Source of the DNA: Candidatus Eiseniibacteriota bacterium
Lineage (GTDB): Bacteria; Eisenbacteria; RBG-16-71-46
Length of the DNA: 64,000 bases
NCBI GenBank assembly: GCA_044222065.1
Contig: JBGAOA010000010.1
Coordinates: 8,672 to 72,671 of the forward strand
Direction of reading: 5' to 3'
Each line of letters opens with the position of its first letter. The first letter of the stretch is position 1. Made by a program: the position numbers and the translations under genes. The notes beneath the pieces are model-generated. The model ran no database searches. It saw only the letters and a list, made by a program, of their open reading frames with translations, and was not told the DNA's origin. This document shows positions 60,582-64,000 of the stretch, piece after piece.

Positions 60582-61775
60582 ATGCACAAGTTCCGCATCG
60601 CCCTCGTCCTCGCCCTCGCGTGCGGCCTCGCGGCCGCGCCCGCACAGGGCGGATTCGACCTGATGAACAAGGTCAAGCAGAAGGTGAAGCAGAAGGCCGA
60701 CCAGAAGGCCGACCAGGCGATCGACAAGACGCTCGAGGGCGCCGAGGGCGCCGTGAAGCCCGGCGCCGCCCCGGCAGCGGAGGCGGACGCCGCGGCCACG
60801 TCGACCGAGGCCGCGTCCCCGGCCGCCGCCGCGGATCAGCTGAAGCCGGGCGAAGGCGCGTGGGTGAACTACGACTTCCGCCCCGGCAACCGCATCCTGT
60901 ACGCCGACGACTTCACGAAGGACGAGGTCGGCGACTTCCCGCGTCGCATGGAATTCGTGAGCGGCACGATGGAGATCATCGAGTGGCAGGCGAGCCGATG
61001 GCTCAAGCTCACGACGACTTCCAAGTTCCGCGTCGTGCTGCCCGAGGTCCTCACCGAGCGCTACACGATGGAGTTCGACTTCAGCGTGCCGGGCGGCGAG
61101 ATGTGGATCTACCCGGGCGAGGAATCTGCGCACCCCTACTTCATGATCTTCGCGAACGGCGGCGTCGCGGGCGTCCAGGGCACCGGCATCCAGGCCCGCT
61201 CGCAGCACAACCCCGCGCTCGCCGGAAAGATCGTTCACGCGCGCGTGCTGGCGGACGGCCCGTACATCAAGCTCTACGTGAACGACCGGAGGCTCGCGAA
61301 CATTCCGAACTTCAGCCCCGCGCGCGAGAACAAGATCCTCTTCTACGTGGACGCGCACGAGCAGACGCCGGCGATGTTCGGGAACTTCCGCATCGCGGCC
61401 GGAGGCAAGAAGCTCTACGACGCGCTCGCGGCCGACGGACGCGTCGCGACGCAGGGCATCTACTTCGACACCGGCTCCGACCGCGTGCGCCCCGAGTCCT
61501 CGCCCACGCTCAAGGAGATCGCGACGATGCTCACGGAGCACGCCGACCTGAAACTCCTGATCGAGGGTCACACGGACAACGTCGGCCAGGCGGCCGCGAA
61601 CCAGACGCTGTCCGACAAGCGCGCCGCCGCGGTGAAGGCCACGCTCGTCGAGTCCTACGGCGTGGACGGCGCCCGGCTCCAGACGAAGGGCTTCGGCCCC
61701 TCGAAGCCGGTGCAATCGAACGACACGCCGGAAGGCCGGCAGATGAACCGGCGCGTCGAACTCGTGAAGCTGTAG
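60582..61775 (+). CDS. OmpA family protein
   Basis: Signal peptide, YDFRPG...DDF....GDFP, IYFDTGS, IEGHTDNVG, N..LS.KRA, NRRVEL. Confidence 0.92.
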   Translation: MHKFRIALVLALACGLAAAPAQGGFDLMNKVKQKVKQKADQKADQAIDKTLEGAEGAVKPGAAPAAEADAAATSTEAASPAAAADQLKPGEGAWVNYDFRPGNRILYADDFTKDEVGDFPRRMEFVSGTMEIIEWQASRWLKLTTTSKFRVVLPEVLTERYTMEFDFSVPGGEMWIYPGEESAHPYFMIFANGGVAGVQGTGIQARSQHNPALAGKIVHARVLADGPYIKLYVNDRRLANIPNFSPARENKILFYVDAHEQTPAMFGNFRIAAGGKKLYDALAADGRVATQGIYFDTGSDRVRPESSPTLKEIATMLTEHADLKLLIEGHTDNVGQAAANQTLSDKRAAAVKATLVESYGVDGARLQTKGFGPSKPVQSNDTPEGRQMNRRVELVKL

Positions 61776-61792
61776 GCTGCGCTCCCCGGCCC

Positions 61793-61830
61793 GCGCCCCG
61801 GCGGCCCCCCCGCCGGGGCGCGCGCTTTTT
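61793..61830 (+). terminator. Intrinsic terminator
   Basis: GCGCCCCGGCGG-CCCC-CCGCCGGGGCGC followed by GCGCTTTTT. Confidence 0.7.
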
Positions 61831-61924
61831 CCCTGTTGGATCGGGCCCGCTCCGGCGAATACTCGTGGAGAGCGTCCCGTTCCCCGCCCCTTCCTTCCGG
61901 CGGTCCATCCCACCCGGAGAGTCC

Positions 61925-62800
61925 ATGCGCCACCGCCCGGTTGTCACGCTGCCTGCCGTCCTCGTCGCGCTCGCCATTTCCGCCAGCGCGGCTCGCGCGG
62001 TGAACCTCGTACCGAACCCGAGCTTCGAGACCGTGTCCCCCTGCCCCACGGGCTTCGGCCAGCTGAACGTCGCCGTGCCGTGGGACACGCCGAACACGGG
62101 CACGTCGGACGCGCTCCACGCCTGCGCGCCGTCCGGGCCGTTCGCCCCCGGCGTGCCGTTCAACGCGCTCGGCCAGCAGGCCGCGTTCTCGGGTGTCGGC
62201 TACGCGGGACTGATTCCCTACAGCTCGGCCGCGGACTATCGCGAATACCTGTACGCGCCGCTCAACTCGCCGCTCGTCGCCGCGCAGACGTACACGTTTT
62301 CGTTCCACGTCTCGCTCGCCGACACGAGCATGCTCGCGATCGACCGGCTCGGGGCCTACTTCTCGGTCGGGCCGATCGGGCCGTACGGGAACTACGCGCC
62401 GCTCCCCTTCACGCCGCAGGTCGAGAGCCCGGCGAACGCGTTCCTGACGAACACGACGGGTTGGACCACGATCAGCGGCAGCTTCGTCGCCGTGGGCGGC
62501 GAGGATCACATCGTGATCGGGAACTTTCACGACGACGCGACCACGAACACGACGCCGATGCCGGGCACGTGGCCGGGCGGCGCGTACTACTACGTGGACG
62601 ACGTGACGGTCGAGATCGTGCTGCCGACCGATCAGGCCTGCTGCCTCGCGGACGGTTCGTGCGCGGTGATGCTGCCGGGCGAGTGCCAGGCCCTCGGCGG
62701 CACGCCGGGCGGCGCGGGCAGCGTGTGCGATCCGTCGCCGTGCGGTCCCACGCCCGCGAAGCGCACGAGCTGGGGCGCGGTCAAGACGATCTACCGCTGA
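61925..62800 (+). CDS. Secreted protein (NLVPNPSFE domain, Cys-rich ACC module, C-terminal SWGxxK tail)
   Basis: Signal peptide ends AARA. NLVPNPSFE...YREY...YYYVDDV, QACCLADGSC...C...GG...C...PC, ending PTPAKRTSWGAVKTIYR. Confidence 0.8.
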   Translation: MRHRPVVTLPAVLVALAISASAARAVNLVPNPSFETVSPCPTGFGQLNVAVPWDTPNTGTSDALHACAPSGPFAPGVPFNALGQQAAFSGVGYAGLIPYSSAADYREYLYAPLNSPLVAAQTYTFSFHVSLADTSMLAIDRLGAYFSVGPIGPYGNYAPLPFTPQVESPANAFLTNTTGWTTISGSFVAVGGEDHIVIGNFHDDATTNTTPMPGTWPGGAYYYVDDVTVEIVLPTDQACCLADGSCAVMLPGECQALGGTPGGAGSVCDPSPCGPTPAKRTSWGAVKTIYR

Positions 62801-62913
62801 CGATCGGGCCGACGCCGGCGCCGCGGGGCGTCACTCCGGACGGGTGACGCCCCGCCGCGTTTCGCACCGCGGCAACTTGAACCGAGCCCGAGCGTGTCGG
62901 ACAGTGCCGCCCC

Positions 62914-64000
62914 ATGTCCGACGCGCCCGCGCCTTCGCCGAAGTCCCCGCTCCAGTTCGCGCGTTTCGACCGGCACGAACTCGCAGGCTCGCTCGGCGAC
63001 CTCGGGACGTTCCTCCCGCTGCTCGTCGGCATGTCGGCGCAGAACGGCCTCGACTTCGGCGCCGCGCTGTTCTTCGCGGGACTCTTCAACGTCGTCACCG
63101 GGCTGACCTTCGGGATCCCGATGGCCGTGCAGCCGATGAAGGCCATCGCGGCGGTCGCGCTCACCGAAGGTCTCACGACGCCGCAGATCCTCGCCGCCGG
63201 CATCACCGTGAGCGCGATCGTGCTCGTGCTCGGCCTGCTCGGACTCGTCCGCGTGCTCGACCGCGTCGTTCCGCGCAGCGTCGTGCGCGGGCTCCAACTC
63301 GCGCTCGGTCTGTCGCTCCTCACGAAGGGACTCCAGATGTCGGCGGGTTCCCCCGCGAGCTGGACGTGGGACGGGGTCTACGCCGCGATCGCGGCGGCGC
63401 TCGTCGTGCTCGGCCTCGCGCGCTCGCGGACCGTGCCCGCGGCGCTCGTGCTGTTCGCGGGCGGCATCGCGATCGCGCTGATGCGCGACCCCGCCGTCGC
63501 GCGCGAGGTGCAGCTCGGCCTCACGCTGCCGAAGTGGTCGCCGCCCGCCTGGGGCGACTTCGTTTCGGCGTTCCCGCGCGCCGCCCTTCCGCAGATCCCG
63601 CTCACGACGCTCAACTCGGTGATCGCGGTGTGCGCGCTCTCGGGGTCGCTCTTCCCCGACCGTCCGGCGGACTCGCGCAAGGTCGCGATCTCGGTCGGCC
63701 TCATGAACCTCGTCGCGGGCTGGTTCGGCGGCATGCCGATGTGCCACGGGGCGGGCGGGCTCGCGGGCCAGTACCGCTTTGGCGCGCGCACGAACGGCTC
63801 GATCCTGTTCCTCGGCGCGGCGAAGATGATCCTCGCCGTGCTGTTCGGCGCCTCGCTGATGGGACTGTGCCGCGCGTTCCCGGCGAGCGTGCTCGGCGTG
63901 ATGCTGGCCTTCAGCGGCCTCGAGCTCGCGCTCGTGTTCCGCGACCAGACGCGGCGGCGCGATGCGTTCGCGGGCGTGCTGACCGCGGGCGCCTGCCTCG
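62914..64000 (+). CDS. MOT1 family molybdate/sulfate transporter (runs off window end)
   Basis: Not in the ORF track. Manual translation gives ELAGSLGDLGTFLPL, PMAVQPMKAIAAVA, PQIPLTTLNSVIA and GGMPMCHGAGGLAGQYRFGAR. Confidence 0.9.
   Translation, partial: MSDAPAPSPKSPLQFARFDRHELAGSLGDLGTFLPLLVGMSAQNGLDFGAALFFAGLFNVVTGLTFGIPMAVQPMKAIAAVALTEGLTTPQILAAGITVSAIVLVLGLLGLVRVLDRVVPRSVVRGLQLALGLSLLTKGLQMSAGSPASWTWDGVYAAIAAALVVLGLARSRTVPAALVLFAGGIAIALMRDPAVAREVQLGLTLPKWSPPAWGDFVSAFPRAALPQIPLTTLNSVIAVCALSGSLFPDRPADSRKVAISVGLMNLVAGWFGGMPMCHGAGGLAGQYRFGARTNGSILFLGAAKMILAVLFGASLMGLCRAFPASVLGVMLAFSGLELALVFRDQTRRRDAFAGVLTAGACL

Noticed and set aside
62870..62905. ECF-sigma-like promoter (GCAACTT...GTC) or Moco riboswitch before the MOT1 transporter
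   Set aside because: The match is too short to support, and no riboswitch-like structure fits the ~110-nt gap.

Overview
Very GC-rich bacterial chromosomal window. Gene content and two kinds of C-terminal protein sorting tails suggest a Candidatus Eisenbacteria/Krumholzibacteria-like organism (inference). Minus-strand housekeeping genes dominate: holA-lptE, an NtrC-type two-component pair, a wbpB/D/E-like sugar cluster, a GGDEF protein, tRNA-Arg(CCG), trpE-G-D-[RDD]-C-F-B without trpA, recN, nadK, dxs, ispA, xseAB, a YmdB-FolD fusion, rny, 6S RNA, zapA/zapB, pheST, rplT-rpmI-infC with an L20-leader-like RNA, thrS, tRNA-Val(GAC), aroF and aroC. Accessory genes are mostly on the plus strand: two paralogous outer-membrane barrels, a TonB receptor/binding protein/hybrid kinase module, malQ, YjgN plus an M48 peptidase, an exported rubrerythrin/DUF2231/thioredoxin-MsrA-like trio, OmpA, an SWGxxK-tailed protein and a MOT1 transporter; a secreted phospholipase D is on the minus strand. 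The best signals not explained by these genes are: (1) a complete Trp-codon attenuator in front of aroF rather than the trp operon; (2) a candidate sigma54-driven ~150-nt sRNA upstream of tRNA-Val; (3) a secreted tandem YHS-like protein with an in-frame TGA followed by a SECIS-like hairpin; (4) a 142-bp MITE-like element; (5) several sigma54, sigma28-like and gene-internal sigma70 promoters. Several genes carry indels, so local sequence errors are likely and single-base claims need read-level checks. All assignments come from motif recognition by eye; no database searches were run.
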